Source: Eledone cirrhosa (taxonomy: Eukaryota). Taken from it: 64,000 bases of DNA. Under the pieces are notes generated by a model that did no database searches, had not been told where the DNA came from, and worked only from the letters and a program-made list of their open reading frames with translations. Positions 1 to 14,000 of this stretch are shown one piece after another. The stretch's first letter is position 1. Each line of letters opens with the position of its first letter. The position numbers were made by a program, and so were the translations under genes. The stretch is from positions 9,424,001 to 9,488,000 of the forward strand of contig OZ024741.1 of assembly GCA_964016885.1 (NCBI GenBank), in the 5' to 3' direction.

Positions 1-2569
1 ACTAAAGGGACCAGAGTGTTGAAAATAGAGGTAGCACAGTGTTGAAACTAAAGGTACCACAGTGTTGAAACTAAAGGTAACACAGTGTTGTAACTAAAGG
101 TACCAAAGTGTTGAAACTAAAGGTACCGCAGTGCTGTACCTAGAGGTACCACAGTATTGAAACTAAAGGTACCACAATGTTGTAACTAAATGTACCACAT
201 TGTTGTAACTAAAGGTATGAGAATGTTGAAACTAAAGGTAACACAATGTTGAAACTAAAGGTACCACAGTGTTGAAACTAATGGTAACAGAGTGTTGAAA
301 CTAAAGGTACCACAGTGTTGAAACTAAAGGTAACACAGTGTTGTAACTAAAGGTACCACAATGTTGAAACTAAAGATACCACATTGTTGAAACTAAAGGT
401 ACCAAAGTGTTGAAACTAAAGGTACCGCAGTGCTGTACCTAGAGGTACCACAGTATTGAAACTAAAGGTATCACAATGTTGTAACTAAATGTACCACAGT
501 GTTGAAACTAAAGGTATGAGAATGTTGAAACTAAAGGTAACACAGTGTTGAAACTAAAGGTACCACAATGGTGTAACTAAAGGTACGACAGTGTTGAAAC
601 TAAATGTACCACATTGTTGTAACTAAAGGTACCACAGTGTTGAAACTAAAGGTACCACAGTGTTGTAACTAGAGGTACCACAGTGTTGAAACTAAATATA
701 CCACAATGTTGTAACTAAAAGTACCACAGTGTTGAAACTAAAGTTATCACAGTGTTGAAACTAAATTTACCACAGTGATCTAACTAAAGGTACCACAGTG
801 TTGAAACTAAGGGTACCACAGTGTTGAAACTAAACGTACCACAGTGTTGAAAGTAAAGGTACCACAGTGTTGTAACTAAATGTACCACAATGTTGAAACT
901 AATGATACCACAATGTTGTAACTAAAGGTACCACAGTGTTGAAACTAAAGGTATCAGAATGTTGTAACTAAAGGTACCACATTGTTGAAACTAAAGGTAC
1001 CGCAGTGTTGAAAATAAAGGTAGCACAGTGTTGAAACTAAGGGTATCAGAATGTTGTAACTAAAGGTACCACAGCGTTGAAACTAAAGGTACCACAGTGT
1101 TGAAACTAAAGGAATCAGAATGTTGTAACTAAAGGTACCACAGCGTTGAAACTAAAGGTATGAGAATGTTGAAACTAAAGGTACCACAGTGTTGAAACTA
1201 AAGGTACCACAATGTTGAAACTAAAGGAATATAGTGATGTAACTAAAGGTACCATAGAGTTGAAACTAAAGGTACCACAGTGTTGAAACTAAAGGTACCA
1301 CATTGTTGAAACTAAAGGTATAACAGTTTTTAAACTAACGATACCACAGCGATGTAACTCAATGTACCAGAGTGTTGAAACTAAAGGTACCACAGTGTTG
1401 AAACTAAAGGTACCACATTGTTGAAACTAAAGGTATCAGAATGTTGTAACTAAAGCTACCACAGTGTTGAAACTAAAGGTACCACAGTATTGAAACTAAA
1501 GGTATCAGAATGTTGTAACTAAAGGTACCACAGTGTTGAAACTAAACGTAACACACTGTTGAAATTAAAGGTACCGCAGTGTTGTAACTAGAGATACCAC
1601 AGTATTGAAACTAAAGATACCACAATGTTGTAACTAAATGTACCACAGTGTTGAAACTAAAGGTACCGCAGTGTTGTAACTAGAGGTACCACAGTATTGA
1701 AACTAAAGATACCACAATGTTGTAACTACATGTACCACAGTTTTGAAACTAAAGGTATCCGAATGTTGAAACTAAAGGTACCACAATTTGAAACTAAAGA
1801 TACCACAATGTTGTAACTAAATGTACCACAGTTTTGAAACTAAAGGTATCAGAATGTTGAAGCTAAAGGTACCACAGTGTTGGTTGAAAAAAAAGGTACC
1901 ACAATATTGTAACTAAAGGTACCACAGTGTTGAAACAAAAGGTACCACAGTGTTGTAACTAAATGTGCCACAGTGCTGAAACTAAAGGTAGCACAGTGTT
2001 GAAATTTAAGGTACCACAGTGTTGAGACTAAAGGTATCAGAATGTTGAAACTAAAGGTACCACAGTGTTGAAACTAAAGGTACCACAATGTTGAAACTAA
2101 AGGAACCATTGTGATGTAACTCAAGGTACCATTGAGTTGAAACTAAAGGTACCACAGTGTTGAAACTAAAGGTACCACATTGTTGAAACTAAAGGTATCA
2201 GACTGTTGTAAGTAAAGGTACCACAGTGTTGAAACTAAAGGTACCACAGTGTTGAAACTAAAGGTATCAGAATGTTGTAACTAAAGGTACCACAGTGTTG
2301 GTTGAAAATAAAGGTACCGCAATATTGTAACTAAAGGTACCACAGTGTTGAAACTAAAGGTACCACAGTGTTGAAACTAAAGGTACCACAGTGATGTAAC
2401 TAAATGTACCAGAGCGTTGAAACTAAAGGTACCACAGTGTTGTTACTAGAGGAACCAAAGTGTTGAAACTAAAGATACCATAATGTTGTAACTAAATGAA
2501 CCACAGCCTTGAAACTAAAAGTATCAGAATGTTGAAACTAAAGGTACCACAGTGTTGAAACTAAAGGTA

Positions 2570-2930
2570 CCACAATGTTGAAACTAAAGGAACCATAGTG
2601 ATGTAACTAAAGGTACCATAGCGTTGAAACTAAAGGTACCACAGTGTTGAAACTAAAGGTACCACATTGTTGAAACTAAAGGTATAACAGTTTTTAAACT
2701 AAAGATACCACAGTGATGTAACACAATGTACCAGAGTGTTGAAACTAAAGGTACCACAATGTTGAAACTAAAGGAACCATAGTGATGTAACTAAAGGTAC
2801 CATAGCGTTGAAACTAAAGGTACCACAGTGTTGAAACTAAAGGTACCACATTGTTGAAACTAAAGGTATAACAGTTTTTAAACTAAAGATACCACAGTGA
2901 TGTAACACAATGTACCAGAGTGTTGAAACT
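2570..2930. repeat. 184-bp (8-monomer) tandem duplication
   Basis: Marker ACACAATGTA at 2721 and 2905, with the same intervening variants (CATAGCGTT, TATAACAGTTTTT). Confidence 0.85.
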
Positions 2931-5159
2931 AAATGTACCTCAATGTTGAAACTAAATGTATCAAAATATTGAAACTAAAGGTACCACAGTTTTGAAACTA
3001 AAGGTACCACAGTGTTGAAACTAAAGGTACCACACTGTTGAAACTAAAGGTACCACAGTGTTGAAACTAAAGATATCAGAATATTGTAACTAAAGGTACC
3101 ACATTGTGGAAACTAAAGGTACCACAATGTTGTAACGAAAGGTACCACAGTGTTGAAACTAAGGATACCACAGTGTTGAAACTAAAGGTATCAGAATGTT
3201 GTAACTAAAGGTTCCACAATGTTGAAAATAAAATGTACCAGAGTGTTGAAACTAAAGCTACCACAGTGTTGAAACTAAAGGTTTCATAATGTCGTAACTA
3301 AAGGTACCACAGTGTTGAATTTAAAGGTACCATAGTGTTGAAACTAAAGGTATCAGAGTGTTGTAGCTAAAGGTACCACAGTGTTGAAAATAAAGGTACC
3401 ACATTGTTGAAACTAAAGGAACCATAGTGATGTAACTAAAGGTACCATAGAGTTGAAAGTAAAGGTACCACAGTGTTGAAACTAATGATATCAGAGTGTT
3501 GAAACTAAAGGTATAACAGTTTTTAAACTAAAGGTACCACAGTGATGTAACTAAATGTTCCAGAGTGTTGAAACTAAAGGTGCCACAGTGTTGAAACTAA
3601 AGGTACCACATTGTTGAAACTAAAGGTATCAGAATGTTGTAACTAAAGGTACCACAGTGTTGAAACTAAAGGTACCAGAGTGTTGAAACTAAAGGTACCA
3701 CAGTGTTGAAACTAAAGGTATCAGAATGTTGTAACTAAAGGTACCACAGTGTTGAAACTAAAGGGACCACAGTGTTGAAAATAGAGGTAGCACAGTGTTG
3801 AAACTAAAGGTACCACAGTGTTGAAACTAATGGTAACAGAGTGTTGAAACTAAAGGTACCACAGTGTTGAAACTAAAGGTAACGCAGTGTTGTAACTAAA
3901 GGTACCACAATGTTGAAACTAAAGATACCACATTGTTGAAACTAAAGGTACCAAATTGTTCAAACTAAAGGTACCGCAGTGCTGTAACTAGAGGTACCAC
4001 AGTATTGAAACTAAAGGTACCATAATGTTGTAACTAAATGTACCACAGTGTTGAAACTAAAGGTATCAGAATGTTGAAACTAAAGGTACCACAGTGTTGA
4101 AACTAAAGGTACCACAATGGTGTAACTAGAGGTACGACAGTGTTGAAACTAAATGTACCACATTGTTGTAACTAAAGGTACCACAGTGTTGAAACTAAAG
4201 GTACCACAGTGTTGTAAGTAGAGGTACCACAGTGTTGAAACTAAAGATACCACAAGGTCGTAAATAAAGTACCCCAGTGTTGAAACTAAAGGTATCACAG
4301 TGTTGAAACTAAAGGTACCACAGTGATCTAACTAAAGGTACCACAGTGTTGAAATTAAGGGTACCACAGTGTTGAAACTAAATCTACCACAGTGTTGAAA
4401 CTAAGCGTACCACAGTGTTGAAACTAAAGGTACCACAGTGATGTAACTAAATGTACCACAATGTTGAAACTAAAGATACCACAATGTTGTAACTAAAGGT
4501 ACCACAGTGTTGAAACTAAAGGTATCAGAATGTTGAAACTAAAGGTGCCACAGTATTGTAACTAGAGGAACCACAGTGCTGAAACTAAAGATACTACAAT
4601 GTTGTAACTAAATGTACCACAGTGTTGAAACTAAAGGTTACACAGTGTTGTAACTAAAGGTACCACAGTGATCTAACTAAAGGTTCCACAGTGTTGAAAC
4701 TAAGGGTACCACAGTGTTGAAACTAAACGTACCACAGTGTTGAAACTAAACGTAACACAGTGTTGAACTTAAAGGTACCGCAGTGTTGTAACTAGAGGTA
4801 CCACAGTATTGAAACTAAAGATACCACAATGTTGTAACTAAATGTACCACAGTGTTGAAACTAAAGGTATCAGAATGTTGAAACTAAAGGTACCACAGTT
4901 TTGAAACTAAAGATACCACAATGTTGAAGCTAAAGGTACCACAGTGTTGGTTGAAAATAAAGGTACCACAATATTGTAACTAAAGGTACCACAGTGATCT
5001 AACTAAAGGTACCACAGTGTTGAAATTAAAGGTACCACAGTGATGTAACTAAATGTACCAGAGCGTTGAAACTAAAGGTACCGCAGTTTTGTTACTAGAG
5101 GAACCAAAGTGTTGAAACTAAAGATACCACAATGTTGTAACTAAATGAACCACAGCCTT

Positions 5160-8030
5160 GAAACTAAAGGTATGAGAATGTTGAAACTAAAGGTACCACA
5201 GTGTTGAAACTAAAGGTACCACAATGTTGAAACTAAAGGAATATAGTGATGTAACTAAAGGTACCATAGAGTTGAAACTAAAGGTACCACAGTGTTGAAA
5301 CTAAAGGTACCACATTGTTGAAACTAAAGGTATAACAGTTTTTAAACTAACGATACCACAGCGATGTAACTCAATGTACCAGAGTGTTGAAACTAAAGGT
5401 ACCACAGTGTTGAAACTAAAGGTACCACATTGTTGAAACTAAAGGTATCAGAATGTTGTAACTAAAGCTACCACAGTGTTGAAACTAAAGGTACCACAGT
5501 ATTGAAACTAAAGGTATCAGAATGTTGTAACTAAAGGTACCACAGTGTTGAAACTAAACGTAACACACTGTTGAAATTAAAGATACCGCAGTGTTGTAAC
5601 TAGAGATACCACAGTATTGAAACTAAAGATACCACAATGTTGTAACTAAATGTACCACAGTGTTGAAACTAAAGGTATCAGAATGTTGAAACTAAAGGTA
5701 CCACAGTGTTGTAACTAAAGATAACACAATGTTGTAACTACATGTACCACAGTTTTGAAACTAAAGGTATCCGAATGTTGAAGCTAAAGGTACCACAGTG
5801 TTGGTTGAAAATAAAGGTACCACAATATTGAAACTAAAGGTACCACAGTGTTGAAACTAAAGGTACCACAGTGTTGTAACTAAATGTGCCACAGTGATGA
5901 AACTAAATGTAGCACAGTGTTGAAATTTAAGGTACCACAGTGTTGAAACTAAATGTGCCACAGTGTTGAAACTAAAGATATCAGAGTGTTGAAACTAAAG
6001 GTATAACAGTTTTGAAACTTAAGGTACCATAGTGTTGAAACTAAAGGTACCACAGTGATGTAACTAAATGTACCAGAGCGTTGAAACTAAAGGTACCACA
6101 GTGTTGTTACTAGAGGAACCAAAGTGTTGAAACTAAAGATACCACAATGTTGTAACTAAATGAACCACAGCCTTGAAACTAAAAGTATCAGAATGTTGAA
6201 ACTAAAGGTACCACAGTGTTGAAACTAAAGGTACCACAATGTTGAAACTAAAGGAACCATAGTGATGTAACTAAAGGTACCATAGAGTTGAAACTAAAGG
6301 TACCACAGTGTTGAAACTAAAGGTACCACATTGGTGAAACAAAAGGTATAACAGTTTTTAAACTAAAGATACCACAGTGATGTAACACAATGTACCAGAG
6401 TGTTGAAACTAAAGGTACCACAGTGTTGAAACTAAAGGTACCACATTGTTGAAACTAAAGGTATCAGAATGTTGTAACTAAAGGTACCACAGTGTTGAAA
6501 CTAAAAGTATCAGAATGTTGTAACTAAAGGTACCACATTGTTGAAACTAAAGGTACCGCAGTGTTGAAAATAAAGGTAGCACAGTGTTGAAACTAAGGGT
6601 ATCAGAATGTTGTAACTAAAGATACCACAGCGTTGAAACTAAAGGTACCACAGTGTTGAAACTAAAGGAATCAGAATGTTGTAACTAAAGGTACCACAGC
6701 GTTGAAACTAAAGGTATGAGAATGTTGAAACTAAAGGTACCACAGTGTTGAAACTAAAGGTACCACAATGTTGAAACTAAAGGAATATAGTGATGTAACT
6801 AAAGGTACCATAGAGTTGAAACTAAAGGTACCACAGTGTTGAAACTAAAGGTACCACATTGTTGAAACTAAAGGTATAACAGTTTTTAAACTAACGATAC
6901 CACAGCGATGTAACTCAATGTACCAGAGTGTTGAAACTAAAGGTACCACAGTGTTGAAACTAAAGGTACCACATTGTTGAAACTAAAGGTATCAGAATGT
7001 TGTAACTAAAGCTACCACAGTGTTGAAACTAAAGGTACCACAGTATTGAAACTAAAGGTATCAGAATGTTGTAACTAAAGGTACCACAGTGTTGAAACTA
7101 AACGTAACACACTGTTGAAATTAAAGGTACCGCAGTGTTGTAACTAGAGATACCACAGTATTGAAACTAAAGATACCACAATGTTGTAACTAAATGTACC
7201 ACAGTGTTGAAACTAAAGGTATAAGAATGTTGAAACTAAAGGTACCACAGTGTTGAAACTAAAGATAACACAATGTTGTAACTACATGTACCACAGTTTT
7301 GAAACTAAAGGTATCCGAATGTTGAAGCTAAAGGTACCACAGTGTTGGTTGAAAATAAAGGTACCACAATATTGAAACTAAAGGTACCACAGTGTTGAAA
7401 CTAAAGGTACCACAGTGTTGTAACTAAATGTGCCACAGTGATGAAACTAAATGTAGCACAGTGTTGAAATTTAAGTTACCACAGTGTTGAAACTAAATGT
7501 GCCACAGTGTTGAAACTAAAGATATCAGAGTGTTGAAACTAAAGGTATAACAGTTTTGAAACTTAAGGTACCACAGTGTTGAAACTAAAGGTACCACAGT
7601 GTTGAAACTAAAGGTACCACAGTGATGTAACTAAATGTACCAGAGCGTTGAAACCAAAGGTACCACAGTGTTGTTACTAGAGGAACCAAAGTGTTGAAAC
7701 TAAAGATACCACAATGTTGTAACTAAATGAACCACAGCCTTGAAACTAAAAGTATCAGAATGTTGAAACTAAAGGTACCACAGTGTTGAAACTAAAGGTA
7801 CCACAATGTTGAAACTAAAGGTACCATAGAGTTGAAACTAAAGGTACCACAGTGTTGAAACTAAAGGTACCACATTGTTGAAACAAAAGGTATAACAGTT
7901 TTTAAACTAAAGATACCACAGTGATGTAACACAATGTACCAGAGTGTTGAAACTAAAGGTACCACATTGTTGAAACTAAAGGTATCAGAATGTTGTAACT
8001 AAAGGTACCACAGTGTTGAAACTAAAAGTA
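5160..8030. repeat. ~1,544-bp (67-monomer) tandem duplication
   Basis: The ATATAG of GGAATATAG lies at 5241 and 6785, and the +4 insertion at ~5801 and ~7345. The order of rare variants is shared (CTAACGATACC, CTACATG, TATCCGAAT). Confidence 0.8.
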
Positions 8031-11000
8031 TCAGAATGTTGTAACTAAAGGTACCACATTGTTGAAACTAAAGGTACCGCAGTGTTGAAAATAAAGGTAG
8101 CACAGTGTTGAAACTAAGGGTATCAGAATGTTGTAACTAAAGGTACCACAGCTTTGAAACTAAAGGTACCACAGTGTTGAAACTAAAGGAATCAGAATGT
8201 TGTAACTAAAGGTACCACAGCGTTGAAACTAAAGGTACCACAGTGTTGAAACTAAAGGTATCAGAATGTTGTAACTAAAGGTACCACAGTGTTGAAACTA
8301 AAGGTACCAGAGTGTTGAAACTAAAGGTAACAAAGTGTTGAAACTAAAGGTATCAGAATGGTGTAACTAAAGGTACCACAGTGTTGAAACTAAAGGTACC
8401 ACAGTGTTGAAACTAAAGGTACCACAGTGTTGAAACTAAAGGTATCAGAATGTTGTAACTAAAGGTACCACAGTGTTGAAACTAAAGGGACCAGAGTGTT
8501 GAAAATAGAGGTAGCACAGTGTTGAAACTAAAGGTACCACAGTGTTGAAACTAAAGGTAACACAGTGTTGTAACTAAAGGTACCAAAGTGTTGAAACTAA
8601 AGGTACCGCAGTGCTGTACCTAGAGGTACCACAGTATTGAAACTAAAGGTACCACAATGTTGTAACTAAATGTACCACATTGTTGAAACTAAAGGTATGA
8701 GAATGTTGAAACTAAAGGTAACACAGTGTTGAAACTAAAGGTACCACAATGGTGTAACTAAAGGTACGACAGTGTTGAAACTAAATGTACCACATTTTTG
8801 TAACTAAAGGTACCACAGTGTTGAAACTAATGGTACCACAGTGTTGTAACTAGAGGTACCACAGTGTTGAAACTAAAGATACCACAATGTTGTAACTAAA
8901 AGTACCACAGTGTTGAAACTAAAGGTATCACAGTGTTGAAACTAAATTTACCACAGTGATCTAACGAAAGGTACCACAGTGTTGAAACTAAGGGTACCAC
9001 AGTGTTGAAACTAAACGTACCACAGTGTTGAAACTAAAGGTACCACAGTGCTGTAACTAAATGTACCACAATGTTGAAACTAAAGATACCACAATGTTGT
9101 AACTAAAGGTACCACAGTGTTGAAACTAAAGGTATCAGAATGTTGAAACTAAAGGTGCCACAGTATTGTAACTAGAGGAACCACAGTGTTGAAACTAAAG
9201 ATACTACAACGTTGTAACTAAATGTACCACAGTGTTTAAACTAAAGGTATCACAGTGTTGTAACTAAAGGTACCACAGTGATCTAATTAAAGGTTCCACA
9301 ATGTTGAAACTAAGGGTACCACAGTGTTGAAACTAAAGGTACCACACTGTTGAAACTAAACGTAACACAGTGTTGAAATTAAAGGTACCGCAGTGTTGTA
9401 ACTAGAGGTACCACAGTATTGAAACTAAAGATACCACAATGCTGTAACTAAATGTACTACAGTGTTGAAACTAAAGGTATCAGAATGTTGAAACTAAAGG
9501 TACCACAATTTGAAACTAAAGATACCACAATGTTGTAACTAAATGTACCACAGTTTTGAAACTAAAGGTATCAGAATGTTGAAGCTAAAGGTACCACAGT
9601 GTTGGTTGAAAAAAAAGGTACCACAATATTGTAACTAAAGGTACCACAGTGTTGAAACAAAAGGTACCACAGTGTTGTAACTAAATGTGCCACAGTGCTG
9701 AAACTAAAGGTAGCACAGTGTTGAAATTTAAGGTACCACAGTGTTGAGACTAAATGTGCCACAGTGTTGAAACTAAAGATATCAGAGTGTTGAAACTAAA
9801 GGTATAACAGTTTTCAAACTAAAGGTACCACAGTGTTGAAACTAAAGGTACCACAGTGTTGAAACTAAAGGTACCACAGTGATGTAACTAAATGTACCAG
9901 AGCGTTGAAACTAAAGGTATCAGAATGTTGAAACTAAAGGTACCACAGTGTTGAAACTAAAGGTACCACAATGTTGAAACTAAAGGAACCATTGTGATGT
10001 AACTCAAGGTACCATTGAGTTGAAACTAAAGGTACCACAGTGTTGAAACTAAAGGTACCACATTGTTGAAACTAAAGGTATCAGACTGTTGTAAGTAAAG
10101 GTACCACAGTGTTGAAACTAAAGGTACCACAGTGTTGAAACTAAAGGTATCAGAATGTTGTAACTAAAGGTACCACAGTGTTGGTTGAAAATAAAGGTAC
10201 CGCAATATTGTAACTAAAGGTACCACAGTGTTGAAACTAAAGGTACCACAGTGTTGAAACTAAAGGTACCACAGTGATGTAACTAAATGTACCAGAGCGT
10301 TGAAACTAAAGGTACCACAGTGTTGTTACTAGAGGAACCAAAGTGTTGAAACTAAAGATACCATAATGTTGTAACTAAATGAACCACAGCCTTGAAACTA
10401 AAAGTATCAGAATGTTGAAACTAAAGGTACCACAGTGTTGAAACTAAAGGTACCACAATGTTGAAACTAAAGGAACCATAGTGATGTAACTAAAGGTACC
10501 ATAGCGTTGAAACTAAAGGTACCACAGTGTTGAAACTAAAGGTACCACATTGTTGAAACTAAAGGTATAACAGTTTTTAAACTAAAGATACCACAGTGAT
10601 GTAACACAATGTACCAGAGTGTTGAAACTAAAGGTACCACAGTGTTGAAACTAAAGGTACCACATTGTTGAAACTAAAGGTATCAGAATGTTGTAACTAA
10701 AGGTACCACAGTGTTGAAACTTAAGATACCACAGTGTTGAAACTAAAGGTATCAGAATGTTGTAACTAAAGGTACCACAGTGTTGAAACTAAAAGTATCA
10801 GAATGTTGTAACTAAAGGTACCACATTGTTGAAACTAAAGGTACCGCAGTGTTGAAAATAAAGGTAGCACAGTGTTGAAACTAAGGGTATCAGAATGTTG
10901 TAACTAAAGGTACCAGAGTGTTGAAACTAAAGGTACCACAGTGTTGAAACTAAAGGTATCAGAATGTTGTAACTAAAGGTACCAGAGTGTTGAAACTAAA

Positions 11001-14000
11001 GGTAACAAAGTGTTGAAACTAAAGGTATCAGAATGGTGTAACTAAAGGTACCATAGTGTTGAAACTAAAGGTACCACAGTGTTGAAACTAAAGGTACCAC
11101 AGTGTTGAAACTAAAGGTATCAGAATGTTGTAACTAAAGGTACCACAGTGTTGAAACTAAAGGGACCAGAGTGTTGAAAATAGAGGTAGCAAAGTGTTGA
11201 AACTAAAGGTACCACAGTGTTGAAACTAATGGTAACAGAGTGTTGAAACTAAAGGTACCACAGTGTTGAAACTAAAGGTAACACAGTGTTGTAACTAAAG
11301 GTACCACAATGTTGAAACTAAAGATACCACATTGTTGAAACTAAAGGTACCAAAGTGTTGAAACTAAAGGTACCGCAGTGCTGTACCTAGAGGTACCACA
11401 GTATTGAAACTAAAGGTACCACAATGTTGTAACTAAATGTACCACATTGTTGAAACTAAAGGTATGAGAATGTTGAAATTAAGGTAACACAGTGTTGAAA
11501 CTAAAGGTACCACAATGGTGTAACTAAAGGTACGACAGTGTTGAAACTAAATGTACCACATTGTTGTAACTAAAGGTACCACAGTGTTGAAACTAATGGT
11601 ACCACAGTGTTGTAACTAGAGGTACCACAGTGTTGAAACTAAAGATACCACAATGTTGAAACTAAAGGTATCAGAATGTTGTAACTAAAGGTACCACAGT
11701 GTTGAAACTTAAGGTACCACAGTGTTGAAACTAAAGGTATCAGAATGTCGTAACTAAAGGTACCACAGTGTTGAAACTAAAAGTATCAGAATGTTGTAAC
11801 TAAAGGTACCACATTGTTGAAACTAAAGGTACCGCAGTGTTGAAAATAAAGGTAGCACAGTGTTGAAACTAAGGGTATCAGAATGTTGTAACTAAAGGTA
11901 CCACAGAGTTGAAACTAAAGGTACCACAGTGTTGAAACTAAAAGTATCAGAATGTTGTAACTAAAGGTACCACAGTGTTGAAACTAAAGGTACCAGAGTG
12001 TTGAAACTAAAGGTACCAAAGTGTTGAAACTAAAGGTATCAGAATGGTGTAACTAAAGGTACCACAGTGTTGAAACTAAAGGTATCAGAATGTTGTAACT
12101 AAAGGTACCACAGTGTTGAAACTAAAGGTACCAGAGTGTTGAAACTAAAGGTACCAAAGTGTTGAAACTAAAGGAATCAGAATGGTGTAACTAAAGGTAC
12201 CACAGTGTTGAAACTAAAGGTACCACAGTGTTGAAACTAAAGGTACCACAGTGTTGAAACTAAAGGTATAAAAATGTTGTAACTAAAGGTACCACAGTGT
12301 TGAAACTAAAGGACCAGAGTGTTGAAAATAGAGGTAGCACAATGTTGAAACTAAAGGTACCACAGTGTTGAAACTAATGGTAACAGAGTGTTGAAACTAA
12401 AGGTACCACAGTGTTGAAACTAAAGGTAACACAGTGTTGTAACTAAAGGTACCACAATGTTGAAACTAAAGATACCACATTGTTGAAACTAAAGGTACCA
12501 AAGTGTTGAAACTAAAGGTACCGCAGTGCTGTACCTAGAGGTACCACAGTATTGAAACTAAAGGTATCACAATGTTGTAACTAAATGTACCACAGTGTTG
12601 AAACTAAAGGTATGAGAATGTTGAAACTAAAGGTAACACAGTGTTGAAACTAAAGGTACCACAATGGTGTAACTAAAGGTACGACAGTGTTGAAACTAAA
12701 TGTACCACATTGTTGTAACTAAAGGTACCACAGTGTTGAAACTAAAGGTACCACAGTGTTGTAACTAGAGGTACCACAGTGTTGAAACTAAATATACCAC
12801 AATGTTGTAACTAAAAGTACCACAGTGTTGAAACTAAAGTTATCACAGTGTTGAAACTAAATTTACCACAGTGATCTAACTAAAGGTACCACAGTGTTGA
12901 AACTAAGGGTACCACAGTGTTGAAACTAAACGTACCACAGTGTTGAAACTAAAGGTACCACAGTGTTGTAACTAAATGTACCACAATGTTGAAACTAATG
13001 ATACCACAATGTTGTAACTAAAGGTACCACAGTGTTGAAACTAAAGGTATCAGAATGTTGTAACTAAAGGTACCACATTGTTGAAACTAAAGGTACCGCA
13101 GTGTTGAAAATAAAGGTAGCACAGTGTTGAAACTAAGGGTATCAGAATGTTGTAACTAAAGGTACCACAGCGTTGAAACTAAAGGTACCACAGTGTTGAA
13201 ACTAAAGGAATCAGAATGTTGTAACTAAAGGTACCACAGCGTTGAAACTAAAGGTATGAGAATGTTGAAACTAAAGGTACCACAGTGTTGAAACTAAAGG
13301 TACCACAATGTTGAAACTAAAGGAATATAGTGATGTAACTAAAGGTACCATAGAGTTGAAACTAAAGGTACCACAGTGTTGAAACTAAGGGTACCACATT
13401 GTTGAAACTAAAGGTATAACAGTTTTTAAACTAACGATACCACAGCGATGTAACTCAATGTACCAGAGTGTTGAAACTAAAGGTACCACAGTGTTGAAAC
13501 TAAAGGTACCACATTGTTGAAACTAAAGGTATCAGAATGTTGTAACTAAAGCTACCACAGTGTTGAAACTAAAGGTACCACAGTATTGAAACTAAAGGTA
13601 TCAGAATGTTGTAACTAAAGGTACCACAGTGTTGAAACTAAACGTAACACACTGTTGAAATTAAAGGTACCGCAGTGTTGTAACTAGAGATACCACAGTA
13701 TTGAAACTAAAGATACCACAATGTTGTAACTAAATGTACCACAGTGTTGAAACTAAAGGTATCAGAATGTTGAAACTGAAGGTACCACAGTGTTGAAACT
13801 AAAGATAACACAATGTTGTAACTACATGTACCACAGTTTTGAAACTAAAGGTATCCGAATGTTGAAACTAAAGGTACCACAGTGTTGAAACTAAAGATAA
13901 CACAATGTTGTAACTACATGTACCACAGTTTTGAAACTAAAGGTATCCGAATGTTGAAGCTAAAGGTACCACAGTGTTGGTTGAAAATAAAGGTACCACA

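Noticed and set aside
9571-9762. 63-aa minus-strand ORF (identical copies at 16249-16440 and 22766-22957)
   Set aside because: It is a translation of the satellite with 23-aa periodicity (LVSTLWYL). The consensus minus strand gives a TAG every 69 bp in each frame, and this ORF arises where such stops are mutated. The three copies only reflect the 6.55-kb HOR.
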